In this document: positions 8,631 to 18,529 of the stretch, piece after piece
Layout: each line of letters starts with the position of its first letter
How positions within the stretch are numbered: the first letter of the stretch is position 1
DNA from: a bacterium
GTDB taxonomy: Bacteria > SAR324 > XYD2-FULL-50-16 > G965216635
Direction of reading: 5' to 3'
NCBI GenBank assembly: GCA_965216635.1
Contig: OZ244188.1
Location: 2,304,001 to 2,368,000, forward strand
Length of the DNA: 64,000 bases
Notes under the pieces: generated by a model
Told to the model about the DNA's origin: nothing
Seen by the model: the letters and a program-made list of their open reading frames with translations, nothing else
Databases searched by the model: none
Program-made: the position numbers and the translations under genes

Positions 8631-9604
8631 AATTTTTTTTAATTTCTCTTATTTCTATTCTTATTACATCCCTACTTGTTGTAGGAGGATTCTTTTTCTT
8701 TGCAAAGGAAAAAGAAGATATTTATACCGAAAAAAACTTTGTAGCTAATGTGAATGGGGAGGTTATCCATCTTGAAGATTTTAGAAAAAGATTGAATTTG
8801 GTTGTCAAAATCACCAAAATTCCTTACAACAATAAGCAATTTAATAAAAACAAATTTAAAAATATTATTCTTCAAAATTTAATAGAAGAAAAGTTATTGC
8901 TGAAAGAAGTGGAAAGATTGGGGATTGGTATTGATACAAACTTACTAGAAACACAGGTTTCAATAGCCTTTAGTTCTTTTACAGGTTATAATTCGGATTA
9001 CACTCTTTTCCAAAACAATGTGACCAAAGAAACTTGGCAAGATGCTTATGAAAAATCTTTAATCAAGCAAAGTTTTTATAATTATCTTAAAAAATCTATA
9101 AAAATTGACTCTCAAGAAATAGAAAACTACTATAAAGTTAACCCCAGAGATTTTGTCACTCCCAAGCAACACGAAATATTGCATCTTCAAGTAGATTCCG
9201 TAGAAGTAGCTCAATTCTTAGAAGGAAAAATTCAGAGAAATACGGATTTTGAGAAGCTCATTTTAGAATATTCTATTGCTGAACATAAATCTTACGAAGG
9301 AGGTAGTAGTTTTTTTGTTCAAGAAGGAAGCCTGCCTAAGCTATTCAACGATGCTATTTTTAAACTCACTCTGTCAGCCCCAACGACTCCAGTAATTCGC
9401 TCCGAATTTGGGTTTCATATTTTTCAATTAAAAACAGTATTGCCTAGAAAAAAATTATCTTTAGCAGAAGCATCACCTTTAATCGTAAAATCCATTCAAA
9501 AGCAAAAAATAGTAAAGGTCTACCAAAAATGGTTACTAGATAAAAAAAAACTATCAAAAATTCTCATTAACCAAAAGGTGTTAGAGGGGGAAATTGAAAT
9601 TTAA
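8627..9604 (+). CDS. SurA/PrsA-like parvulin peptidyl-prolyl isomerase
   Basis: N-terminal anchor, VANVNGEVI, SEFGFHIF; position after mfd. Confidence 0.85.
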   Translation: MKFFLISLISILITSLLVVGGFFFFAKEKEDIYTEKNFVANVNGEVIHLEDFRKRLNLVVKITKIPYNNKQFNKNKFKNIILQNLIEEKLLLKEVERLGIGIDTNLLETQVSIAFSSFTGYNSDYTLFQNNVTKETWQDAYEKSLIKQSFYNYLKKSIKIDSQEIENYYKVNPRDFVTPKQHEILHLQVDSVEVAQFLEGKIQRNTDFEKLILEYSIAEHKSYEGGSSFFVQEGSLPKLFNDAIFKLTLSAPTTPVIRSEFGFHIFQLKTVLPRKKLSLAEASPLIVKSIQKQKIVKVYQKWLLDKKKLSKILINQKVLEGEIEI

Positions 9605-10163
9605 AAGAAGAAAATCCAATAACCTTATTTTAATAGGATTTATGGGTGTTGGAAAAACTACAGTAGCCGAAATCTTAAAAGAAAAGCTAGCATTAAATGT
9701 TTTAGATAGTGATACAGAGATAGAAAGAACCGAAAAAAAAACTATCCTAGAAATTTTTAAAAAAGGAGAATTATTTTTTAGAGATTTAGAGACAAAATTT
9801 TTGATGAGTGCTCTGCACTTAAAAAATACTGTTTTGTCTGTTGGGGGAGGAATTATAGAGAGAGAAAAAAATTTAGCTCTACTTCAAAATCTAGGGACAG
9901 TTTTTTTTTTAGAGCTACCACTAGCTTTGCTTTGGCAAAGAATTAAGGAAGATAAAACAAGACCTAAAATTTTAGACAATTCCCGTCGTTCTAATATAGC
10001 CCAGTATAAAATAGATGATGAGCGAAGATTTTTGGAATTTGAAAAACTCTACTTTTCCCGTCTTTCTCAATACAAAAAAGCAGATTTCACCATTTTCATA
10101 AACAAAGAAACAGCGGAGCAGGTGGCGGATAAAATTATTGCAATTTATAAAAACCAACAATAA
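9594..10163 (+). CDS. aroK: Shikimate kinase
   Basis: LIGFMGVGKTT, DSDTEIE, GELFFRDLE, SVGGG. Confidence 0.95.
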   Translation: MKFKRRKSNNLILIGFMGVGKTTVAEILKEKLALNVLDSDTEIERTEKKTILEIFKKGELFFRDLETKFLMSALHLKNTVLSVGGGIIEREKNLALLQNLGTVFFLELPLALLWQRIKEDKTRPKILDNSRRSNIAQYKIDDERRFLEFEKLYFSRLSQYKKADFTIFINKETAEQVADKIIAIYKNQQ

Positions 10164-10174
10164 ATAAATTCTAC

Positions 10175-10318
10175 TAGACTTTTGAATTTGCCAAATAGGA
10201 CAAAACTTGCTGTTTAGCCAAAACAGGTTTATTGTTTTTAAGCCAATACAGGCTTTGCAGTCTATATTGTGTTAGCTTTAAGTTTGCGGTGCCCCGATCC
10301 CATTATTGTGGCACTACG
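10175..10318. repeat. Partial MITE-like element
   Basis: Left terminus plus the CATTATTGTGGCACTACG module shared with the 3431 element. Confidence 0.75.
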
Positions 10319-10977
10319 CCATTTTCAAATGGTTTAATTATTTTTTTAAAAAACTCAAGCAAATGAATAGCAAAATTTCTTTTTTCAAAAAAATCTGGGA
10401 TTCTATTATTCTAGGTGAGAAACTGGAAACTATAATCATTATTCTTTCTGGACCCTCTGCTATTGGAAAAAGCACAGTAGCAGCATTGTTGCTAAAAAAT
10501 TATCCTAATATGCAGAGAGTAATAACAGCTACTTCTAGGAAGCCTCGCACTTATGAAACAAAAGTGGATTATATTTTTTTGACAGAAAAAAAATTTAAAA
10601 ACCAAATTTTAAGAAATGCTTTTTTAGAATATTCTCAAGTCTATGGTTTTTATTATGGTATCTTAAAAAAAGAATTCAGGAAGGTTCAAAAAAAATTTCT
10701 CTATACTTTACTGATATTAGACACAGCAGGTTCCCAAAAAATCATGGATTATGCAAAAAAAAAAAATATACAATGTAAAAGTATATTTTTAATGACAAAA
10801 TCTATCCAGATTATAGAAGAGCGTATGAAACTCAGGGGAGATGACAAAAAACAAAGGGTTGATAGACTCAAAAAAATAGAAAAAGAATTGGAAATGGTGA
10901 AAAAATTTGACAAAAAAATTTATAACGACAACCTAGAGACCTGTTTTCAACAGTTACAAAATTTTATAGACCTCTGA
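10306..10977 (+). CDS. gmk: Guanylate kinase (true start probably near 10420)
   Basis: SGPSAIGKST, TATSRKPR, FLEYSQVYGFYYG; ORF 5' end overlaps a repeat. Confidence 0.92.
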   Translation: MWHYAIFKWFNYFFKKLKQMNSKISFFKKIWDSIILGEKLETIIIILSGPSAIGKSTVAALLLKNYPNMQRVITATSRKPRTYETKVDYIFLTEKKFKNQILRNAFLEYSQVYGFYYGILKKEFRKVQKKFLYTLLILDTAGSQKIMDYAKKKNIQCKSIFLMTKSIQIIEERMKLRGDDKKQRVDRLKKIEKELEMVKKFDKKIYNDNLETCFQQLQNFIDL

Positions 10978-11086
10978 ATTTGCGTTCTGTTTAGCCTATG
11001 CAGCAAAAATTTTTTCGCACTTTTCTAACCATTTGGCTAGCCATCACAGCTGGTTTTGTCCTAATTTGGCAAATTCAAAAGGTCTA
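10967..11086. repeat. MITE-like element overlapping the gmk stop codon
   Basis: TAGACCTCTGAATTTGC...GCAAATTCAAAAGGTCTA. Confidence 0.85.
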
Positions 11087-11114
11087 TTTTATCCATTCTG
11101 ATGTTTGAAAGTTT

Positions 11115-12014
11115 TTGAAATTGGAAAATTTTATTCTCAATCTTTATAAACCTCCCAGTTTAAGTAGTAATCAAGCTAGTAATTGCTTAAAAAGGCATTG
11201 GGGTAGGCAAAAAATGGGACATCTAGGCACCCTAGATCCTATGGCTGAGGGAGTTTTGCCTATTTTTGGAGGTAAATATACTAGACTCATTCCCTATTTT
11301 CAAGATAATCCAAAAACTTATTTTGCCAAAATAGAAATTGGAGCCTCGTCTGATAGTTTAGACAAAGAAAGCGAGGTTAGTTATTCTCTCGTGCAACCTT
11401 TTTCACCTCAAAAAATAAAGGAAGTTCTGCAATCTTTTATTGGAACTATTCAACAGGAGGCTCCTCAGTACTCTGCTTTAAAGTATAAAGGAAAACCTAT
11501 GTATTATTATGCTTTAAAAAAAATCACAGTCCCTAAAAAAATTAAAGAAATTACTATAGATACTATTGATTTGATAAATTACCGACACCCTATTCTTGAG
11601 ATAGAAGTTTGTTGCTCTAAAGGCACTTATATTCGGAGCCTCGCCAGAGATATAGGGCAAAGACTGAACTCTTGCGCTATACTTATTTTTTTACAAAGAA
11701 AATCTATTGGAAATCAATTTACTCTAAAAAACTCTATTTCTCTTGACCAAATCCTCAAACAGCAGTATAATACAGATTTTATATTAGATATTCATAAATT
11801 ATTGCAAGGGTTTCGGTATTTGAGTCTAACTAGAGAGCAAATAGCAGAAATATCTTTAGGAAAAGAAGTAGTAATCAATAACTTGCCTAATATATTAAAA
11901 GCAGAACAACCTGTTTTTTCTTTTTCTGAAAAAGGTTGTTTAATTGCTGCAGGATGTTTTAAATTAGCGGAGAATAAAAAGTTATTTTTTTACCCTAATA
12001 AATTATTTATTTGA
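11115..12014 (+). CDS. truB: tRNA pseudouridine(55) synthase
   Basis: KMGHLGTLDPMAEGVL, CSKGTYIRSLARDIG. Confidence 0.96.
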   Translation: MKLENFILNLYKPPSLSSNQASNCLKRHWGRQKMGHLGTLDPMAEGVLPIFGGKYTRLIPYFQDNPKTYFAKIEIGASSDSLDKESEVSYSLVQPFSPQKIKEVLQSFIGTIQQEAPQYSALKYKGKPMYYYALKKITVPKKIKEITIDTIDLINYRHPILEIEVCCSKGTYIRSLARDIGQRLNSCAILIFLQRKSIGNQFTLKNSISLDQILKQQYNTDFILDIHKLLQGFRYLSLTREQIAEISLGKEVVINNLPNILKAEQPVFSFSEKGCLIAAGCFKLAENKKLFFYPNKLFI

Positions 12015-12052
12015 AATTTCAATTCATAATGAGAATGTCTCAAAAAAAAAAC

Positions 12053-12081
12053 TTTACTTATTAAAAAAATAATACTATAAT
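12053..12081 (+). promoter_or_regulatory. Putative sigma70 promoter of rpsO
   Basis: TTTACT-N17-TATAAT. Confidence 0.6.
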
Positions 12082-12102
12082 AACAACAACTTAAATTAAA
12101 TA

Positions 12103-12390
12103 ATGCTGACAAAAGAAGAAAAGAGTAATATCGTTAAGAAATACGGAAAAAAAGGAACTAAAGTAGATTCAGGTTTAGCTTCTGTGCAAATTGCCCTGAT
12201 GACAGCCAAAATCGCTTACCTAAACGAACACTTTAAAACTCATAAGAAGGATCACTCATCTCGTAGAAGCCTATTCAAGTTAGTAGGAAAGAGAGTGAAA
12301 TTCTTGCAGTATTTACAAAAAAATAATCGCGAAGAATATAAAAACCTTACAAAAAATCTAGGTTTAGAAAAGAAACGTTCTAAAGCCTAA
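12103..12390 (+). CDS. rpsO: 30S ribosomal protein S15
   Basis: DSGLASVQIALMT, HKKDHSSRR; truB-rpsO-pnp synteny. Confidence 0.97.
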   Translation: MLTKEEKSNIVKKYGKKGTKVDSGLASVQIALMTAKIAYLNEHFKTHKKDHSSRRSLFKLVGKRVKFLQYLQKNNREEYKNLTKNLGLEKKRSKA

Positions 12391-12454
12391 GTATTTTTAT
12401 TTGTAGATTTTATTTTTTCCCAACTAAAAATGAGATATTTGAATTAGTATAGAC

Positions 12455-12549
12455 TAGACCTTTGAATTTCGCTGATGTGACGGCTAGGCAAGAGTTAAAA
12501 AAATTTTCAACGCTGCATTGGCTAAACAGAACGTAAATTCAAAAGTCTA
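12455..12549. repeat. MITE-like element
   Basis: TAGACCTTTGAATT...AATTCAAAAGTCTA. Confidence 0.85.
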
Positions 12550-12740
12550 TTAGTATTATGTGACAGCTAAATTTTTAAAAAAAAGGAGTATACAGTCCAA
12601 GCGAAATTCTAAAAAACTGAAATCTTATAGCAACGACTTAACTGCCTGCATTGTTGTGTAGAAGACGAATTTCCCACAAATTTTTTAACCTTGCATAAGC
12701 TAAACTTTGGTAAGCTAATTCAAAAGCCTCAAAATATAAA

Positions 12741-14819
12741 ATGAATAAAATAGAAATTGATTTTTTGGATAATAAACTTGTTTTAGAAACAGGTAAATTA
12801 GCCAAACAAGCTAACGGTGCTGTTACAATTCAACACGGCAAAACTGTGATTTTGACTACAGCTGTTAGCAACGATACAGCAGGTCCCGATGTGGGTTTTT
12901 TCCCTTTAACCTGCCAATTTTTGATGAAATATTACTCCCACGGTAAATTTCCTGGGGGTTTTATCAAAAGAGAAAATAGACCATCAGATCACGAAATTTT
13001 AATGTCTCGTCTAATGGATAGACCTATTAGACCTTTATTTGAAAAGTGGTTCGCAGCAGAAACCCAAGTTATCAGCACTGTCTTAAGCTACGACAAGGCT
13101 TGTTCTCCAGAATCTTTTGCAATACTAGGAGCATCTGCGAGTTTAATGCTCTCCGATATGCCTTTTTCACAGCCTATTGCAGGTGTCCGAGTAGGCTATG
13201 TCAACGAGCAATTTGTAGCAAACGCTCATCCTGCTGTGATGAAAGATAGCGCTTTAAATTTATTTATGGTTGCCAGCAAAGATGCGATTGTTATGGTAGA
13301 AGCCCACGCCGATCAGGTCAGCGAGGAAATTATGTTGGAAGCGTTGGATTTTGGATATAATACCGTCCAACCCCTAATTCAAATACAAGAAGAATTGGTA
13401 AAAATTGCAGGAAAAACAAAAAAACAAGCCCCCCCAGAGCCAGAATCAGTTGTAGATAGTGCAGAAATTTCTGCAGCAATTGGTGCTGAATTAAAAAAGG
13501 CATTGTTTGAAGAAACAAAGATAGAAAGAAATAAATTAGTGGCTCAAGTGAAGGCATCAGCTATAGAAAAATATGCAGCGGATGATGAAAAAAAACAAAA
13601 GGCGGTAACTCTTCTTTTGAACGAAATGACGAAAAAAATCATCCGTCAAGAAATACTGGAGAATCAAAAAAGAGTAGATGCAAGAACAAGCAAAGATATT
13701 CGTCCTATTACTTGTGAATTAGGAATACTCCCCAATGCACACGGTTCCGCTTTATTTACTCGCGGTGAAACTCAGGCTTTAGTTACTTTAACTTTGGGTA
13801 CGAAAGAAGACGCTCAAATTATAGACAATGGAATTAGTAATGAACAAAAAAGATTTTATCTGCATTATAATTTTCCTTCTTATTCTGTAGGCGAAGCAAG
13901 ACGTATGGGACCTCCCAATCGCAGAGAAATCGGACATGGTAGGCTAGCAGAAAAAAGTATTCAAAGCCTACTTCCAGTTCCAGATCAAAATTTTCCTTAT
14001 ACAATTCGGTTAGTATCAGAAATTTTGGAATCCAATGGTTCTTCTTCTATGGCAACCGTTTGTGGTTCTAGTCTAGCTTTAATGGATGGTGGTGTTCCTC
14101 TAACTACGGCTGTTGCCGGTATTGCAATGGGGCTAGTCAAAGAAGGTGATAAATATATTATTTTAAGCGACATACTTGGAGATGAAGATCATGTAGGGGA
14201 TATGGATTTTAAGGTTGCAGGCACAAATGAAGGCATTACTGGCTTACAGATGGATATTAAAATTGCAGGATTGTCCCAAGATTTACTTAAAGAAGCTTTG
14301 ACGCAAGCAAAAGAAGGGCGGTTGCATATTTTAGATAATATGAACGGAATCATTAGCGAATCTAAATCCACTCTTGCGAGCAATGCTCCGCGTTATGTTC
14401 AATATAAAGTAGATACTGCTAAAATTAAAAAAATTATTGGCACAGGAGGACAAACTATAAAAAGTATTGTCAGCCAAACAGGTGTAAAAATAGATATTTC
14501 AGATAATGGAATGGTCAATATTGCAGCTTACGACCAAAAAAGCGCCGAAGCAGCACTCAATATTATTCAGAGTCTAACCAAAGAATTAGAGCCAGGTGAA
14601 GTCTACGAAGGGGTTGTAAAAAAAGTAACAAGCTACGGAGCTTACCTAGAATGTTTGCCTGGTATAGATGGTTATCTTCATATAGCAGATATAACCCACA
14701 GACATGTGGACGATATTTCGGACTATCTCAAGGACGGACAGGTAGTAAAAGTGAGGGCACAAGCCCACCGTGACAAACGAGGGAATGTAAGACTTTCCTC
14801 TAAAGAATTTATGGATTAA
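12741..14819 (+). CDS. pnp: Polyribonucleotide nucleotidyltransferase
   Basis: ETGKLAKQA, RREIGHG, SNGSSSMA, DMDFKVAG, KH and S1 domains. Confidence 0.98.
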   Translation: MNKIEIDFLDNKLVLETGKLAKQANGAVTIQHGKTVILTTAVSNDTAGPDVGFFPLTCQFLMKYYSHGKFPGGFIKRENRPSDHEILMSRLMDRPIRPLFEKWFAAETQVISTVLSYDKACSPESFAILGASASLMLSDMPFSQPIAGVRVGYVNEQFVANAHPAVMKDSALNLFMVASKDAIVMVEAHADQVSEEIMLEALDFGYNTVQPLIQIQEELVKIAGKTKKQAPPEPESVVDSAEISAAIGAELKKALFEETKIERNKLVAQVKASAIEKYAADDEKKQKAVTLLLNEMTKKIIRQEILENQKRVDARTSKDIRPITCELGILPNAHGSALFTRGETQALVTLTLGTKEDAQIIDNGISNEQKRFYLHYNFPSYSVGEARRMGPPNRREIGHGRLAEKSIQSLLPVPDQNFPYTIRLVSEILESNGSSSMATVCGSSLALMDGGVPLTTAVAGIAMGLVKEGDKYIILSDILGDEDHVGDMDFKVAGTNEGITGLQMDIKIAGLSQDLLKEALTQAKEGRLHILDNMNGIISESKSTLASNAPRYVQYKVDTAKIKKIIGTGGQTIKSIVSQTGVKIDISDNGMVNIAAYDQKSAEAALNIIQSLTKELEPGEVYEGVVKKVTSYGAYLECLPGIDGYLHIADITHRHVDDISDYLKDGQVVKVRAQAHRDKRGNVRLSSKEFMD

Positions 14820-14867
14820 AAACTTAGCTATTCAAAAAAATTATCCCTAAAATTATCCCTTAGAATT

Positions 14868-14940
14868 GTCCCCGTAGTTCAATTGGATAGAACAGAGGAT
14901 TCCTAATCTTCAAATACAGGTTCAATTCCTGTCGGGGATA
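14868..14940 (+). tRNA. tRNA-Arg (anticodon CCT), CCA end not encoded
   Basis: Acceptor GTCCCCG/CGGGGAT, anticodon arm GAGGA-TTCCTAA-TCTTC, T arm ACAGG-TTCAATT-CCTGT. Confidence 0.93.
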
Positions 14941-15032
14941 GTTTTTTATAAGTTTTTGAGCTAAAAAAGCAGCATTGGTGATTTGCGATTAAGGCTGGGG
15001 AAGATCCTGAAGTTGCTTGCTAAAAATAAATT

Positions 15033-16205
15033 ATGGTAAAAAATAAAGAAATTTTTTTATTTCCATTATTTATAATTGCATTTTTCTTGTCTTTTGTTTT
15101 CTTTGATTTTCAGCTATACGAAAATAAAGCAAACTATTCCATTAATATCAGACAAGCCCCCAGCACAAAAAGTAAAGTTGTTGCTTCCTTATCATCACAA
15201 AAAACTGTTTTTCAAATCAAACAAAAACAAGATTGGTCTTCAGTAATCCATAAAAAATACGGCTTTATCTACAATCCCCTCCTTTCAAAAAAACAAATCC
15301 TTGTTTTTGAAACAAATATCAACAATAAAACTTTTTTCTCTTTTCTACTTGGAGCATTATTAGTCGTAATTATTTATTTTCCTATTATTCTATTTCGGTT
15401 TATTTCCCAAAAACTCCAAGAAAAAAAAGATGAATTTTCCCAAAAACTCCAAGAAATAGAAAATGAATTTTCCCAAAAACTCCAAGAAAAAATAGAAAAA
15501 GAATTTTCCCGAAAACTCCAAGAAAAAGAAAAAGAATTTTCCCAAAAACTCCAAGACAAAGAAAAAGAAGTGATTAAACTTCAAAATAAACTGTCTGAAT
15601 CAGAAAAAAAAGTGATTGAACTTCAAAATAAACTGTCTGAATCAGAAAAAAAAGGGCGTAATTTTGAAAACTATGTTGTTGGAAAAATAGATAAAACTCT
15701 CGAATTTATTAGGTGGAGAAGTGATAAATGTATAGCCTCCAGTAAAAGTGTTATATATCCCAGTGATTCTCTATACCCAGATTTATTAATTTCCTACACC
15801 AATCAATCTGATGAAAAACAAAAATTTGCTATAGAATGTAAGTGGAGAAAAAAATGGTGGGAAAAAATAGAAAAAGAACGAGAAAAACAAGAAGGATTTC
15901 TCCTAGAATGTAAGCAATTGGAAAATTATGCAGAATATGCAGCTAAAAATAGCATACCTGTATTTCTTGTGATTGGAATAGGAGGAAATTCAAAAAAAAT
16001 TTATGATTCTAAAGCTGAAGAAATCAAACCTGACGAGTTATTTATTATTTCTCTTGATGATTTTGAAAAAATTTCATGTGGACATAATTATAAAAGTGTG
16101 GAATATAAATTTATAAATACTAAAAAACTTGAAAAATACGATATTTCTGATTTTGAAGAAAATTTTTTTTTTATAACCCCCAAGATTCTAAAAAACTTGT
16201 TATGA
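15033..16205 (+). CDS. Membrane protein: SH3b-like segment between two TM helices, repetitive coiled coil, C-terminal PD-(D/E)xK nuclease-like domain
   Basis: INIRQAPSTKSKVV...WSSV...YGFI; FSQKLQE repeats; GRNFE...YPDL...FAIECKWR. Confidence 0.7.
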   Translation: MVKNKEIFLFPLFIIAFFLSFVFFDFQLYENKANYSINIRQAPSTKSKVVASLSSQKTVFQIKQKQDWSSVIHKKYGFIYNPLLSKKQILVFETNINNKTFFSFLLGALLVVIIYFPIILFRFISQKLQEKKDEFSQKLQEIENEFSQKLQEKIEKEFSRKLQEKEKEFSQKLQDKEKEVIKLQNKLSESEKKVIELQNKLSESEKKGRNFENYVVGKIDKTLEFIRWRSDKCIASSKSVIYPSDSLYPDLLISYTNQSDEKQKFAIECKWRKKWWEKIEKEREKQEGFLLECKQLENYAEYAAKNSIPVFLVIGIGGNSKKIYDSKAEEIKPDELFIISLDDFEKISCGHNYKSVEYKFINTKKLEKYDISDFEENFFFITPKILKNLL

Positions 16206-16242
16206 GGTAAAAATAAAGACAAAAAATTTTTCTTACAGGATA

Positions 16243-17331
16243 CTAGACAATAATGCCTCCACCAATTACCTGCTCTCCGCTATAAAAGACAGCACCCTGC
16301 CCAGGACTGATGTCTTCTACTTCTTGTTCAAATTCTACTAAGTAACGATTATTCTCATTGCAGACAAGACGAGCTGGATTTTCTTGCGATTGGTAGCGAA
16401 TTTTTGCATTGACTTGCATTTGTTTTTGCAACGATTTTCCGCTAATAAAATGCACCCTTTCTATAAAAAAAGATTTTTTCTTTCTTTCTTCTGTGAATCC
16501 TACAATCAGCTGGTTTTTTGTTTGGTTTTTTCCTATTACAAAAAGTGGTTTTTTAGCAGAAATTCCTAATCCTTTCCTTTGCCCCACGGTATAAGCCATA
16601 AGTCCTTGATGCTCTCCTAAAACCTCTCCACGAGAATTGATGATTTCCCCTTTTTTCATTTTGTCTTCTACTTGCCTTTCAAAAAATCCTCTGACGCCAT
16701 CGTCACCTAAAAAACAAAGGTCTTGGCTATCTTTTTTTTGTGATACTGGAAAACCGCACTCTTTCGCTATTTCCCTTACCTCTTCTTTACAAAGTTCTCC
16801 TAAAGGAAAAAGACTTGTTGCTAATTGCTCTTGATTCAAACGGTGTAGCATATAGCTCTGGTCTTTTTTTTTGTCTTTGGCTTTTAAAAGTTGATAACCA
16901 TCGCTATTTTCTTTGATCCGAACGTAATGCCCCGTAGCTAAAAAATCTGAGTCCAGCTTCAAAGCTTCCTTTCTAAGGTGAGAAAAACGCACCTTTTGAT
17001 TGCAAAAAAAACAAGGATTGGGAGTAAGACCTTTCATAGATTCTTCTAAAAAATAATCTACGACGATTTCTTTAAAAATATTTTGATAATTTAATATGTA
17101 AAAAGGTATATTCAACATTCCTGCTATATTTCTAGCATCTTTCATAGCTTGTGAGGAACAGCATTTATTGACTACTTGTTTTTCAGACCAGATTCGTAGC
17201 ATAATACCTATAACATCGTAGCCTTTTCTTTTTAGTAAAGCAGCAGCTACAGAACTATCTACGCCCCCGCTCATAGCGACGACGACTTTTTTTTGTGTTT
17301 TACTATTTTTTTTATGGTTATTATACGTCAT
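16243..17331 (-). CDS. mnmA: tRNA-specific 2-thiouridylase (start taken as ATG 17331; ORF extends to 17358)
   Basis: VAMSGGVDSS, TPNPC, ATGHY, KDQSY, PGQGAVFY. Confidence 0.97.
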   Translation of the reverse strand: MTYNNHKKNSKTQKKVVVAMSGGVDSSVAAALLKRKGYDVIGIMLRIWSEKQVVNKCCSSQAMKDARNIAGMLNIPFYILNYQNIFKEIVVDYFLEESMKGLTPNPCFFCNQKVRFSHLRKEALKLDSDFLATGHYVRIKENSDGYQLLKAKDKKKDQSYMLHRLNQEQLATSLFPLGELCKEEVREIAKECGFPVSQKKDSQDLCFLGDDGVRGFFERQVEDKMKKGEIINSRGEVLGEHQGLMAYTVGQRKGLGISAKKPLFVIGKNQTKNQLIVGFTEERKKKSFFIERVHFISGKSLQKQMQVNAKIRYQSQENPARLVCNENNRYLVEFEQEVEDISPGQGAVFYSGEQVIGGGIIV

Positions 17332-17344
17332 ATTTTTTAAGCTA

Positions 17345-18529
17345 GTGATATTCTCCAAACAAGTTCAAGATAAAAACGCCCGTGCAGGTTTAATTAATAT
17401 TCAAGGAATCCGTGTTCCTACACCAGTTTTTATGCCTGTAGGCACTCAGGCTACTGTAAAAGCAATCAACGTTAGAGAATTAGAAGAAATAGACTATTCT
17501 ATTATTTTAAGCAATAGTTATCATCTGTATTTGAGACCCAGCGACGAACTTATTCAAAAAATGGGCGGTCTCCATCGGTTTATGAACTGGAACAGATTGA
17601 TTTTAACCGATAGTGGTGGTTTTCAGCTGTTTTCATTGAAAAAATTAAGAAAAAAAATTTCTGAAGAGGGGGTTACTTTTCAAAGTCATTTAGATGGTAG
17701 TAGTCATTTTTTGAGCCCCGAAAAAGTAATAAAAATACAGCAAAATCTAGGTTCTGATATTATGATGGTTTTAGACGAATGTTTAGAGCCGTGTAGTAGT
17801 TATGAAGATACAAAAAAATCTTGCGACTTAACGCTCCATTGGGCAAAAAGATCTTACTTAGAAAAAGAAAATTTAGCTAAAAAGAGCGAATTTCTAGAAA
17901 AAGAGAGTAAGCCCTCTAAAAAAGATTCTGCAGGCTACAGCCACAAAAAGCAAAAACTATTTGGAATTATACAAGGGGGATTATATAAAGATTTAAGAAA
18001 AGACTGTTTACAAAGGCTTGCAGAAATTTCTTTTGATGGTTATGCTATTGGCGGATTAAGTGTAGGAGAATCCAAAGCAGAAATGTATTCTATGTTGCAA
18101 TTTATTACTCCTCAAATGGATGCGGAAAAACCAAGATATTTAATGGGGGTCGGGCATCCTTTAGATATTCTCTCAGGAGTGGAAAGTGGTATAGATATGT
18201 TTGATTCTGTTTTGGCAACCCGCAACGCCCGTAATGGTTCATTGCTGACATCTTACGGGTGGTTATCCATAAAGAAAAAAGATTTTGAAAAAGATGCAAA
18301 CCCTATTGATTCGGGGTGCTCTTGTATAGTATGTAAAAAATATAGTCGCGCCTATATAAGACATCTTTTCCGCTCTAATGAATTTTTAAGTGCACAACTC
18401 AATAGTTACCACAATCTTTATTTTATGAAATCTTTTATGGATAGTTTGAGAAAATCTATTTTAGAAAAAAAATTTTCTGCATTTAAAAAAGAATTTTCGT
18501 TAAAATTTTCTTCTCAACAGTTGCAATGA
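17345..18529 (+). CDS. tgt: Queuine tRNA-ribosyltransferase
   Basis: TPVFMPVGT, LTDSGGFQ, PRYLMGVG, CxCxxC zinc site. Confidence 0.97.
   Translation: MIFSKQVQDKNARAGLINIQGIRVPTPVFMPVGTQATVKAINVRELEEIDYSIILSNSYHLYLRPSDELIQKMGGLHRFMNWNRLILTDSGGFQLFSLKKLRKKISEEGVTFQSHLDGSSHFLSPEKVIKIQQNLGSDIMMVLDECLEPCSSYEDTKKSCDLTLHWAKRSYLEKENLAKKSEFLEKESKPSKKDSAGYSHKKQKLFGIIQGGLYKDLRKDCLQRLAEISFDGYAIGGLSVGESKAEMYSMLQFITPQMDAEKPRYLMGVGHPLDILSGVESGIDMFDSVLATRNARNGSLLTSYGWLSIKKKDFEKDANPIDSGCSCIVCKKYSRAYIRHLFRSNEFLSAQLNSYHNLYFMKSFMDSLRKSILEKKFSAFKKEFSLKFSSQQLQ

Noticed and set aside
14941..16242. Prophage or integrative island at tRNA-Arg
   Set aside because: No integrase and no duplicated tRNA 3' end seen; only one accessory gene
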